DNA of 64,000 nucleotides from Octopus vulgaris (Eukaryota), in contig OX597814.1 of assembly GCA_951406725.2 (NCBI GenBank), forward strand, positions 200,260,001-200,324,000, given 5' to 3'. The translations under genes were made by a program, and so were the position numbers. Positions 26,951-38,654 of this stretch are shown here, piece by piece. The notes under the pieces are model-generated. The model was not told where the DNA came from. It saw only the letters and a list, made by a program, of their open reading frames with translations, and did no database searches. Each line of letters opens with the position of its first letter. Position 1 is the first letter of the stretch.

Positions 26951-27184
26951 GGTGCCAGAAAATAGTTAAGCAATAGTTATTTTAGAGAAGATATGAAATA
27001 GAGAGTGAAGTGGAGGAATGAAAACAGACGTGAGATATACAGGGATATTGTATCTGCAGTTCCATTATTTACGCAGAATGGTATTGATTTGTTTTGATTT
27101 TTTGATTTTGATTTTTCCAGTTTCAGCTTATGAGCTGTGGCCATGCTGGGGCACCGCCATTTGGTGTTGCTACTTGGTTTCATT

Positions 27185-30178
27185 TCATGAAGGCTTTCTA
27201 GCAACTGCTATTTGGTGCATGAGAGAGTTCGATGCAGCTGCCCTCATCTGCCCCTCCTGCCGTGAAGTTGGTTCATCTGGGACACCTGACAGGAAGAGAT
27301 CCAGCTTCATTTTAAAGACATCTGTATCCACCCCATGCAGGTCTCTCAGGTTCTTCGGGAGGATATTGAAGAGCTGTGGGCCTCGGAAGCCCAGGCTATC
27401 ACAGAATCTTGTTCTACATCTTGATGGCAAGTTTGGAGTCCTAGGCACCACGCAGTGGCGCCCAGTTCTGGCATTTGCGTAACTCTCGATGCCAAAGTTC
27501 AGGACACTTCCCTCCAGGATCTTCCAGATGTATATTATGGCATATCTTTCCCGCCTACGCTCCAGGGAATATAATTTTAATTTCTTGAGTCTTTCCCAGT
27601 AGCTTACATTCTGCATAGAGGCTATCTTCTTCGTGTAGCTACGTTGGATCGCCTCGAGCTCTGTGATCAACTTGACACTGGATGGTGACCATAACTGAGA
27701 GCAGTAGTCAAAGTGGCTTAGGACAAGTGTCCTCCAGAGGACCATCATGGTTTCTTGTTCTCTTGTTCTAAAGGTTCTGAGGATCCATCCGGCCAGTCGT
27801 CTACATTTCATTGCCAATTTAGCAACATGTACACGAAAGGTCGCGTCATCACTCATGTAAATACCTAGGTCACGCACTGATTGTGCCTCTGGGATTGCTA
27901 TTCCTCCGGGTCCAGTGTATTCATTGGGTATTGCATTTAGTTTTGCATGCTGATAGTATAGAGCTTGAAACTTTTCAGCATTGAACTGCATGCTATTCTT
28001 TTCGGCCCACTTGTATATTTTGTCTAGCTCACATTGCAGGTGTTTAGTGTCCTCAGGGTTCTGTATTGCCTGTGAAACTTTTGTATCATCAGCATAACTT
28101 GTGATTGTGGCTCTCTGCGTGGCTGAGGGCATGTCTGAGAGGGCCATTATGAACAGTAGTGGTCCCAGAAAAGTGCCCTGCGGAACACCGCTCACTATTT
28201 GCGTGTTAATGGAAGTGGCCCCGTTGGCCACTACCACCTGACTTCTATCTTTCAGAAAGTCATGAAGCCATTCTCCCAGTTTTCCAACTATGTTGAGATC
28301 ACGCAGTTTGTGACATATCATTCCATGATCGACTTTATCAAAGGCCTTTGCAAAGTCGAGATATATCACTTCCACATTTGAGTGGTTGAGCAGCCGTTTC
28401 AGCACCCAGTCATAGTGTTGTAGGAGCTGAGTTAAACAGCTTCTCCCTGGTCGGAAACCATGTTGGGTGTCGGGCAGCAAGTCATTTTCTTCAAGGAAGG
28501 TGATCAGCATCCTTCTGACTATTTGTTCCATGACCTTGCTGATGTGTGAGGTCAGAGAGATAGGTCTATAGTTCTTGGCTTCCGCTCTGCTACCTCCTTT
28601 ATGAATGGGGCATATTTTACCTTCCTACAGTTTTCTTGGAGGTTTGCCAGCTGCAAGGAAGCTCTGAAAGAGGAAATGCAGTGGTCTTGCAAGGACTCTC
28701 TTACATGCTTTTAGGAGGATTGCCGGGAATCCATCAGGGCCAGTAGCTGAGTCTGTTTTCATTTCATCTATAACCTTGATTACATCGTCTTCCTTTATAT
28801 CGATGTAATCTATCGTCGCCGCCTCTGATTTTATATCTGCAGTGGTAAAAAAGTCAGTTGGATTGGTGATTTGGAGATGCCCAAGGGGTGGAGTGAAAAC
28901 ACTCTTGAATTGCTCATTCAGTATTTCACTTACCCTCATTGGTTTTCCTGTAAGTGTGCCATCCTTTTCGAGGAGTGGCCCTATTCTACAGTGCACCGTA
29001 GCTGTTTCTTTGGCATACCTGTAGAAAGCTCTGGGGTTAGATTTTATGTTATCTATAGCCCAGGCTTCTTTGTCTGCTCTTTCCTTTTCATGGGAGAGTT
29101 TCAGACATTTTTCGATTTCCAACAGTTTTATTTTTAGGCGGGACTTTTCACTGCTTTCAATCTGTTTGTTTAGGCGATTTGAAAATTTTGTACGCCGTCT
29201 CATTAGAATTTTCCTCTCTCTGGGGATTTTGTTCTTGTGTACAGTGGCCTTTCTCTCTGGGACATATTTGTAGCATATGGCTTGCATTACAGACATGAAT
29301 TGTTGAAGTTTCACGTCGATGTCTGGCGAGGAGAGACATTTAGGCCAGTTTTGTTTGAGGATCTCTTTCTCAATTTGTTTCCAGTTTGCCTTATGGTAGT
29401 TCAAGCTGGAAAGATTCTGGGGGTTTCTTGTAGGCTGCATGTCCGTGCTCTCTTTTGGCCCGTACATGGTCAGCTCTATCATGTGATCCGAGAGTAGTGT
29501 CGGTGTCACTTTCACATTATGGATGAGATCCATGTCATTTGTGAAGCAGAGATCCAGTGTGTTACCTGCCCTGGTTGGTTGGAGTATTACCTGCTCCATG
29601 TATAGGGTGTTGATGAGGTTCAGGAGGGACCTCGCCTGTCCTCGTTCACATCTTGTCATTCCTGGGAGAGAAAGGCCCTCGGGCCATCTGACATTTGGCA
29701 GATTGAAGTCTCCCATAAGAAGTACACTTATGTGTTGTTCTAATGTGGTTAGAACTTCTTCTATTTTTATAAGGCAGTCTTCAAACTTGCCCACATGGCT
29801 TGGGGCATCTGGAGGGCGATATGTAGCACACACAACTACATCAAGTTGCCTAATATGTACAATTAGTGTGTCACACACCGAGTTTGAGTATGACAAGAGG
29901 ACCTGGGGTGTGAGGTCCTCACGAATGTACATAGCAACACCTCCATGACTCCTTTCTTTCCTGTCGGTCCGTAGTACAGCATACTGTGGTATGTGTAACT
30001 CCGCATCTGCTATATCCGGTTTCAGGTGCGTTTCCGTTAGTGCTATGCATAAGGCTTGATTGCATGCAACAAAATCTCTCAGGAACGGGATTTTTGCCCT
30101 GTTACTGAGTGTTTGCAGTCCTCTGATGTTCAGTAGGAGCATCGAGGTGAGGTGTACGTTGTTGCCGGTGGTGTCCAT
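27185..30178 (-). pseudogene. LINE ORF2 (APE endonuclease + reverse transcriptase) with a single in-frame TAG at 28625-28627
   Basis: APE motifs NIRGL, LTETHL, YRPP, GDFN, LDL, SDH. RT motifs NYRPISLTS, QHGFRPGRS, YLDFAKAFDKV, SGVPQG, YADD. The 554-aa and 448-aa ORFs share a frame, and read-through gives PRKL*EGKICPIHKGGSRAEAKNYRPISLTSHISKVMEQ. First ATG at 30178. Confidence 0.93.
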
Positions 30179-31143
30179 CCTGGGTCTGTTTGCTGTGGTG
30201 GTGGTCTGGTATATAGTGGGTAGTCCCACCTGCGGGCTTGGGTTTGATGAAGCCAGGTCAGCTGCTGTACAATCCTTTGAGCAATGCACAAAAAAGATTG
30301 TTGCTCAGCAGCTGCCCTTTCGACAACATCATGTTGGTGGTTTGTGGCACGCACAACATCTGCGTACCTCCGCTTTGGGGCAAGTGGTGCGTCCATCCCT
30401 TTCCTTGTGTTGATGGTTTGTCCATCTGCCTCGTGTCTCTGTGGCAGGGTCCCCGATGTGCAAAGCGACATCCTGCACCTTCCTTTCCATGCCAGCAGGA
30501 ACCTCTCAGGTAGAACCTACACACCCGTGTGCGCTGTTTGTTTCCATCTTTTGCGGTTCCACTTCTATTCCTGGTTTTTTCACCCTTTGGTCCTGCTTGA
30601 GCTTTTCCTTTAGCTCTACCAGCCCTTCTTTTAGTTTTAGTTCTTCCTCCTCCCTCTACCTCTTCACCGGATTCTCCGTCTCCATGGCCTTTGCTGCCGG
30701 TTGGAGAACTTGCACCTGGGTTCACTTCCCGGGCAGGTTTCTCATTCAAAACCTCCTCCCAGGCATCCACCAGGTGGGGGGTGACTTCTTTCATCGTCTC
30801 CATTCTTGTCATCTTTGCCCCACTCGTTCTCAAAGATGGCATCAAGTGCGCCAATGTGCGACCGTACAAGCGCATATGAGCGCACGAATTCCCGTCTCTT
30901 TCGCTCCATCTGAGCCGCTGTCCTCTTGTAGCCTCTGCTCTTCAGCACAGCTGCAATCACCTCGCTAGGGCTATCTCCGCCGGCGCACCCCCATGCTTGT
31001 ACGAATAAATCCAGCTCGTCAGGTCTCCATGCTCTGGACATGCTGGATGATCTGTATACATATAAGTTTCCTGTACCTTGTGTGTAAGCTCCAATAGTAT
31101 TTACCTGACACCTTTGGGTCATCTTCACAACATCACCTCTCAT
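30130..31143 (-). pseudogene. LINE ORF1 (frameshifted): Myb/SANT-trihelix-like domain, CCCH zinc finger, C-terminal YADVV segment
   Basis: Three overlapping ORF pieces: 30742-31143 (WRPDELDLFVQAW..IAAVLKSRGYKRTAAQMERK), 30258-30875 (CRFYLRGSCWHGKEGAGCRFAH) and 30130-30471 (RRYADVV). The last overlaps the ORF2 start. Confidence 0.7.
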
Positions 31144-31281
31144 AACCTATATATATATATATATATACTTTGATAGGTTTCGGCCATTATTGGCCCAGGC
31201 CATGTCTAACTTAATAGCACCACCTGGCTATATATATACACACACACACGCATATATATACACACACACACACACATATAT

Positions 31282-31316
<35 letters not shown>

Positions 31317-31598
31317 CAAACACATATATATATATATATACACACACACACACGTATATACACACACACACACACATATATATACACACATACATATATA
31401 TATATACACACACTCACACATATCTATATACATACACACACACACACATATATATATATACACACACATATATATATATACATATATATGTATACGCACA
31501 CACACATATACTTTGAAATAAATTCAATATTACATGTAGAAAACTTCATTTCATTTCGTTTGTTAATTATCTTATATGTTAAAAATATTTTCAAACAG

Positions 31599-31724
31599 GT
31601 CTGAAGTTGCTTTATTGTACAATGACAAAGCTGTGCTTGAAAATCACCATGTTAGCGCTGCATTTAAGTTGCTAAAGTTAGATGAATACAACATACTTAC
31701 TGGGCTAAGTAAAGAAGAATACAG
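31599..31724 (+). CDS. PDE1: PDE1 coding exon
   Basis: aacag acceptor and gtgagt donor. Reads SEVALLYNDKAVLENHHVSAAFKLLKLDEYNILTGLSKEEYR. Phases 2/2 are consistent with neighbours. Confidence 0.97.
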
Positions 31725-33256
31725 GTGAGTAATCATTTACTAATTCTTTAACATTCATATTGCTTTAACCCTTTCGTTACTGTATTTATTTTGAGATGCT
31801 CTGTGTTTCTTTCAATTACTTTAAATATAACAAAGAATTTAGTAAAATAACTTGTTTATCATTAAGCTAGTGTTAGAAACATAAATTGTGACTAAGGTTT
31901 GGTGGAAGATTTTAATTCAAAGCTTATGGAAACAAGACATTTGTACTCAGACCCAGAGCCGGTTTCAGCCAGTTAATCTTATTTTTTCTACTACGTATTA
32001 AAAGAAACTAAGTTGGAATATTCCAATAAAAAAGTTGCTACTTGGTCACTCCATCAAGCAGAAATAGCAGCCAAACTTTTCTTAGGTCCCACCCTATTAC
32101 ATTTAAAAGGGACAAAATGGACAGCCAAAGCCACTGACAGTATGGTCATGGCCAGAAGTGTTGATTTCGGTAATATATAGTTGTAGACAAGCTGGCACAA
32201 TCATTAGCACACTGGGCAAATGCTTAGTGGTGTTTCATCTGTTTTATGTTCTGAGTTCAAATTCCATCAAGGTCAGCTTTGCCCTTTGTCCTTTCAGAGT
32301 CAATGAAATAAGTAACAGTTGAGCCCTGGGGTTGATATAATTGACCTAATCGTCTCCCGAAATTGCTGGCCTTGTGCCAATAATTGACACCAATATATTG
32401 TTGTAGTTTATCATATGCAAAACAAAAATAAACTCATGTTTATTATAGGTGCAGGAGTGGCTGTGTGGTAAGTAGCTTGCTTACCAACCACATGGTTCTG
32501 GGTTCAGTCCCACTGTATGGCAACTTCAGTAAGTGTCTTCTACAATAGCCTTCAGCCAACCAAATCCTTGTGAGTGGATTTGGTAGACAGAAACTGAAGG
32601 AAGCTCATTGAATATATATAGATACATATATATAATTGTTGAAGAGGACGACAAATGTTAAGGCAAGGCAAACATCTCAAGTCATACATTATTATTAATC
32701 CATTATAGCACTTACCTAGCGTACCTAATCATTTAGATCACCTGTGAACTAAACCCCCATACTTTGTATATATATATATATATATTGTGTGTGTGTGTGT
32801 GTTTTTGTCACCCACCATCACTTGACAACCAATGTTGATGTGTTAGTGGTTTGGCAAAAGAGACAAATAGAATAAGTCCTGGGGTTGATTTGTTCGGCTA
32901 GAGGCAGTGCTCCAGCATGGCCACAATCAAATGCCTGAAACAAATATAAGAATAATGTAAAGTACAAGTGACCTTTCCCAAGATGAGTCTGTAATGCTGT
33001 TTATGTCTTAGATTGCAAATGACACCTTGACATTGCAGGTAACGTTGAGAGAAGTATGAATGTCAACACTACCATTTCCATCATCTCAAAGCCAATAAGG
33101 AAAGCCACCTATTGATTTGCCTAAGTGATTATAAATGAGTTGATTGTTTGATTTCATTCATTTTACCAGTGTGCAAAAATTTAATCCCTATCTGGTAATG
33201 AGAAGGTGGAAATGAAGAAAATAATAAGGATTAGGGTAGGATTATTTGATGAGTGA

Positions 33257-33590
33257 GAGCGCATGGCTCAGTGGTTAGAGCATCGAGCTCACGATCGTGA
33301 GGTTGTGAGTTCGAATCCTGGACCGGGCTGTGGGTTGTGTTCTTGAGCAAGACACTTTATTTCATGGTGCTCCAGTTCACTCAGCTGTAGAAATGAGTTG
33401 CGACATCACAGGTGTCAAGCTGTATCTGGTGTTGCCTTTCCCTTGGATAACAATGGTGGCGTGGAGAGGGGAGGCCAGTATGCATGGACAACTGCTGGTC
33501 TTCCATAAACAACCTGGCCCGGACTTGTGCCTGGGAGGGTAACTTTCTAGGTGCAATCCCACCATCAGTCATGACCAAAGGGGGTCTCAA
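33257..33590 (+). mobile_element. tRNA-derived CORE-type SINE
   Basis: A box TGGCTCAGTGG and B box GAGTTCGAATCC, followed by CORE-like TGTGTTCTTGAGCAAGACACTT. Relatives at ~25033-25590, 46395-46560 and 56270-56578(-). Confidence 0.8.
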
Positions 33591-33744
33591 TATTGTTTGA
33601 TGAGGTGGGGGTGAGGTTTAGGTCTAAGAATTACATATGTAAAGAAAGTCTGGTGGGAGACATCCACCAGTGAGGCTATGGGACAAAAGACAAAGCAGAT
33701 AACTGGTATATTTAGTTTTTTTCTGCTCTTACAAATTTCTTATT

Positions 33745-34135
33745 ACTCTTTACTCTTTTACTTGTTTCAGTCATTTGACTGCGGCCATGCTGGAGCACCG
33801 CCTTTAGTCGAGCAAATCGATCCCAGGACTTATTCTTTGTAAGCCTAGTACTTAATCTATCAGTCTCTTTTGCCGAACCACTAAGTTACGGAGGCGTAAA
33901 CACACCAGCATCGGTTGTCAAGCGATGTTGGGAGGACAAACACAGACACACAAACACACACACACATACACATATATACGATGGGCTTCTTTCAGTTTCC
34001 ATCTACGAAATCCACTCACAAGGCTTTGGTCGGCCCGAGGCTATAGTAGAAGACACTTGCTCAAGGTGCCACGCAGTCGGACTGAACCCGGAACCACATG
34101 GTTGGTAAGCAAGCTACTTACCACACAGCCACTCC
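33745..34135 (-). mobile_element. SINE family B, young full-length copy
   Basis: CpGs retained and intact (GAGTAAAA)n tail. Confidence 0.88.
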
Positions 34136-37100
34136 AATTGTTCAATATTTTGCAAAAGGCTGCCTAAATAGGACAGAAACCAAAAAACTATGATTTAGAA
34201 GAAAAAAAATATCATTTTAATCTAAAACAACTTATTTTCCTTATATTGAGAATTGTAAACAGACAAGTTTGTTTGAATCTTTGATATTATTGTTATTAAT
34301 GTAACATATTGATGGGCATTAACGAATAATCTGTCCATGTCTGAAACTAATTAATGTTCATTCATTTATGAACTAATATCAAATACTCAAACAGCTTTGT
34401 TTTATGCTTCATAAAGAATAGTTTATTTTATTTTATTTTTTTTCCAAGAAAATAATCATAATGGATATTCACAAGGGAAATAGATTACCAGATCAGAAAT
34501 AGATTCTAGGTAATACCCAGCAGACTGTTTAGAGGTAATTGATAGCATCTATTACCTAGGTGACCATTAACAGTCGAGGTAGATATTCTGAAAGCATAAT
34601 TGCAGAGCAGGAGCTGGTCAGAAAACATTCAGAGAACTTATTACCTCTGCTGGCAACAAAGAGTGTCTCTGTTGGTGTGAGGGCAGATTGTACAATAGAT
34701 GTTGGCCTTGAATACAGATGATTTGCAAAGATAAGAAAGAAATGACCGCAAGCATGCTTCAGTAAATGTGTAATGCCAGACTACAAATGTGCATAGAGAA
34801 AAACTGGACGTAAGATAAATCAGATGTCGCGTGCAAGAGAGAAGAGTCTGCTAGAGCGGGCATGCAACATGGAAGATGATAGCTTTTTGAAATAGGATGA
34901 AGTGGTGAAGAATTAAGTTGCTAAGCCTCATGGAGGTTATTACAAAAGAGCGAGATGATTTTACTTGTTTCAGTCATTTGACTGTGGCCATGCTGGAGCA
35001 CTGCCTTTAGTTGAGCAAATCGACCCCAGAGTTTATTCTTTGTAGTGCTTATTCTATCAGTCTCTTTTGCCAAACTGCTAAGTTACGGGGACATAAACAT
35101 ACCAGCATCGGCTGTCAGGCAATGTCGGGGGGAACAAACACAGACACACAAACCTACACACACACATATATACGATGGGCTTCTTCCAGTTTCTATCTAC
35201 CAAATCCACTCACAAGGCTTTGGTTGGCCCTAGGCTATAGTAGAAGACACTTGCCCAAGGTGCCACACAGTAACTCATACATTTGAGTCTTTCACCCAGT
35301 ATGTCTCAGTTATGTTTACATCTGTTGCCACTTTGATACCTTCTATATAACTCATCATCTTCTCTATTCACCCTACTATGTCATCATTGTTACTAAGGAC
35401 AGTAGTAGATCCTTTCTATTCTTTGTACGTAGCTGCCCCTGTAATGAAGAATAGTATTGGACCCTGTTCAATTTTTCCTATTGCCATCCTGATCACTCTA
35501 ACATTACCCACTCTGTATTGTTAGTGATCACCCTCTCTTCGAAGGGCTCCTTTTTATTTACATCCCTCACTAACTTTTACCATTGTCCACTTCCATTACT
35601 ATCACTCTCTCTCTCTCTCAACTACTGCCTCATCCCATTTCTTCTGTTTCTATAATAATGCTTCATTCACCAACCCAACCTGATTCTTCTTTTCACTGCC
35701 TCATCTATTCACTTGCTCACTCGTGTTGTTTTGCTCATGGAGTAGTGAGGACTTTCTAGCCTTACAAGATGAAAGGGCAACCTCACTAATGCTGGTGGCA
35801 CAATAAAATACACTTGGTAGGCTCTGAAATGTAAACGGCAAATAAGCAAAGATAGTGTAGAGATGCGAGGACTCTGTAGTGTTGCTGATGTCATGTCAAC
35901 CACTTTAGAGTTGGTGCCACAGTAAAATATAAACAGTTCATTCTGTAATTATTTGATGATAAAATAAAGATATATGTATATATATCTCTGAGTGAGTATG
36001 GAGTTGAAAGCCAAACAATGCATTTAATAAAAACAGTTTATTATTTTTATCTTTTTTCTGAATTATCAATCTAAAAGATCCTTTTCAAAGATAGCACTAC
36101 ATAAAGGAATACAGAGAGGGAATACAAAGAACAAAATGAAACAGACATTCAGGCATCTTGACTATTTTTTTGAAAGCCCTGAGGGTGGCCTAATATGTAG
36201 TTCAAAACAGCAGTCATGGCAACATGAAGAAGTTTTCTGCCAATTAGATGAGTCGACAAATCAATGGCAAATTTGTCTTGTTTGTCACTAGTAGCAAAAG
36301 CAATTGCTTCAGTTAACAAATACAATGTAACTCAAATTCATCTGGTTAGATACAGTTAGTTTATAACAGACAGTCTATAGAGATATATTTAAAGCATTGT
36401 GACAAGTAACATTTACACAAAGTAAGAAGCCAAACAAATATCCTTATGGTTTGGGTCACTGCATGTCAATATCTTTAAAAAGATTTTTTTTTAATGTAGC
36501 ATATAGAATCCAAAGGCTAGAGATGGGAGTGATGCTCTTCCTTGCAAATTGCTATACAGACACAAAGCATATGCTGATAGCCAGCTGGCAAAGATGTTTC
36601 CTGGGGCTAAAACAACAGTAACATCGTCCTTTATAGCACTGCCACATTCTGTTTGCATATAAACATTACAATCTGAATTTTGTTATTCATTTATTTAAGA
36701 AATATTTTGCGAAAATGTTACAGGTGTAGAAAGTTTGATAATTTTCAGAACTTTCGGCCAATCAGAAAACAGCGCGTTTGCTGCTTCTTCCATCATCTGT
36801 CACAGTAGCGAGGAGTGGAGGATGGGGGATGGGGGCGCTGGCATGTCAAAACATTAGAAATAACAGTGAAAAATATTAAAACATACGCGAGCAAAATAAA
36901 TATTTAAAAGCTACTGTGATGAAAAGAAATGATTATGGAACGCGTGGTAGTTACACTCCTTGTGTGCATGCACAGCATCTTTGGTTACTATGGAAACAGT
37001 TCTTTGCAAACAGTTATGGAACTCATGGTGGTTACACTCCTTGGTTACAATAGAAACAGAGTTCTTTGCTTACTCTAACAGAACTGCAAGGTGATGTGTA

Positions 37101-37375
37101 AAATATTCGCTTCTGATTGGCTAAAATACCCAAATTTTGCAAATTTTAAGGGCTAATAACTTTTTAACTATAAACTTATAGGAAAAATAATTTTACTTTT
37201 CATAACAAGTATACAAAACTTAATAAATATACCAAATTTAAAAACAACAGGAACAAAATTGGAGATAGTGACTCAAACCACATAGATCTCCAAAGAATGC
37301 AAATTAAAGAAAAAGGCATTAGTTTGATTATCTTTTCAGAAATTGTCAATCTTCAAGTTCCTTTTTTCAAACAGT

Positions 37376-37426
<51 letters not shown>

Positions 37427-37542
37427 TACATACATACATACATATACAAATATATATGTGTGTGTGTGTGTTTGTATAAAATTAACAAAATGAGATAAAA
37501 ATCCATGGTTGTGAAAGATTTCAGAACATTTATAAAGAGAAG

Positions 37543-37590
37543 GTCTCACAGCTGTTTCTGGGATATTTTATATATCCCTTCATCGGAGAT
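37543..37590 (-). ncRNA. Hammerhead motif, family 2 (in repeat ~37480-37655)
   Basis: AUCU-CCGAUGA-A-GGGAUAU(AUAAA)AUAUCCC-A-GAAAC-AGCU-GUG-AGAC, with palindromic stem III ACAGCUGU. Confidence 0.52.
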
Positions 37591-37802
37591 GGTGCAAGAA
37601 AATGGTTAAGCAATAATAATTCTAGAGAAGATATGAAATAGAGAGTGAAGTGAAGCATTGAGTTTGTACAAGGTGTTATTGAATCAAGGGTCTTTTTTGA
37701 AGTGACTTAAAATTTGGGAATGTGTTTGTAAGGTCAAATCAAAAACTGATTTTGACTAATATCTAAACAGCCTTGGTCTTTTATCTTATTACACAAACAA
37801 TT

Positions 37803-37842
<40 letters not shown>

Positions 37843-38198
37843 GAATTCTGGTTTGCATGAGTAAAATAGTGATGACCATAACGTCACTTTATTATAGAAG
37901 AATAAGTATTACTTGCCTTCTCATGACTAGTTAATTAGTCATGAAACATATCAAGGCAATCCCTTATATTTTTCTCTGTGTATAGGGAGTAACAACAGTT
38001 CACAGCAAATCCTTTGAAACCTGCAGGTTTTACTGTCTTAGATTTTCTAATTCACATAATGTTGTGAACAACATTATATAATGATTTTTTCAATTCTTAA
38101 GTCATTTATTATGTTTACGATTTTTATAGTATTGCATAAAAACTGAAAATGCTATTTGATTTAAAAACCTCTATAATTTTCTAAATATTCTTTTGTAG

Positions 38199-38300
38199 AG
38201 AATTCCGGAGTCTGCTGATTGACATGGTCTTAGCCACTGACATGTCTTTTCATTTCCAGCAAATAAAAAACATGAAAAGTATGCTGACTTTGACAGAAGG
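38199..38300 (+). CDS. PDE1: PDE1 coding exon
   Basis: ttttgtag acceptor and gtaagc donor. Reads EFRSLLIDMVLATDMSFHFQQIKNMKSMLTLTEG. Confidence 0.96.
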
Positions 38301-38654
38301 GTAAGCATTTCCGATAACTGAAAATTGTTGTCTTATAAGCCTGTTATAGGAACTTGTATTACCATAATGTATAAGAAGCATGTTTATTTGGCAACAACAA
38401 AAAATGTATGAGAAGAATGTAAAAAGAGGGAGCATGGGGACCAAACAAAAGAGGAGATTAGTAATACAGGTAAAAAGAAAGAGGGCGAAAGGGAATATAT
38501 AGTACTCCAAAGAGAAAGAAAGTACAGATGCTGTGTCCAAAGAAGAGGATGCTGTTAATGTGATTGGTGCAATGAGATATTCTTTTTGTGTGTGGAAGGT
38601 GCACATACAGTACAGAAAATAGACTCCATCAAATGCCAGTGGGGATACATAAAA

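Larger units (their letters stand above)
27085..31229 (-). mobile_element. Near full-length CR1-group (CR1/L2/Crack-like) non-LTR retrotransposon in a PDE1 intron
   Basis: ORF1 region plus ORF2 with APE endonuclease and RT. Short 3' UTR ends in an (AAAATC)n tail at ~27085-27116. The 5' end abuts a (TA)/(CA) microsatellite, so that boundary is approximate. Confidence 0.93.

Noticed and set aside
27018-30968. Plus-strand ORFs overlapping the LINE (154, 141 and 175 aa, among others)
   Set aside because: They are antisense shadows of LINE coding sequence with no recognisable motifs.
31168-31210. GGCC-loop-GGCC-GAAAC at the LINE 5' end resembling a hammerhead half
   Set aside because: There is no upstream CUGAnGA and no stem III/NUH pairing.
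31627-31629. Lys codon AAA where vertebrate PDE1 has Arg (YNDR), a possible A-to-I recoding site
   Set aside because: This position varies among PDE families, and editing cannot be seen in DNA.
33257-33330. tRNA-like cloverleaf heads (also at 4325, 12737 and 46395)
   Set aside because: Acceptor stems are incomplete and run into SINE bodies, so these are SINE heads, not tRNA genes.
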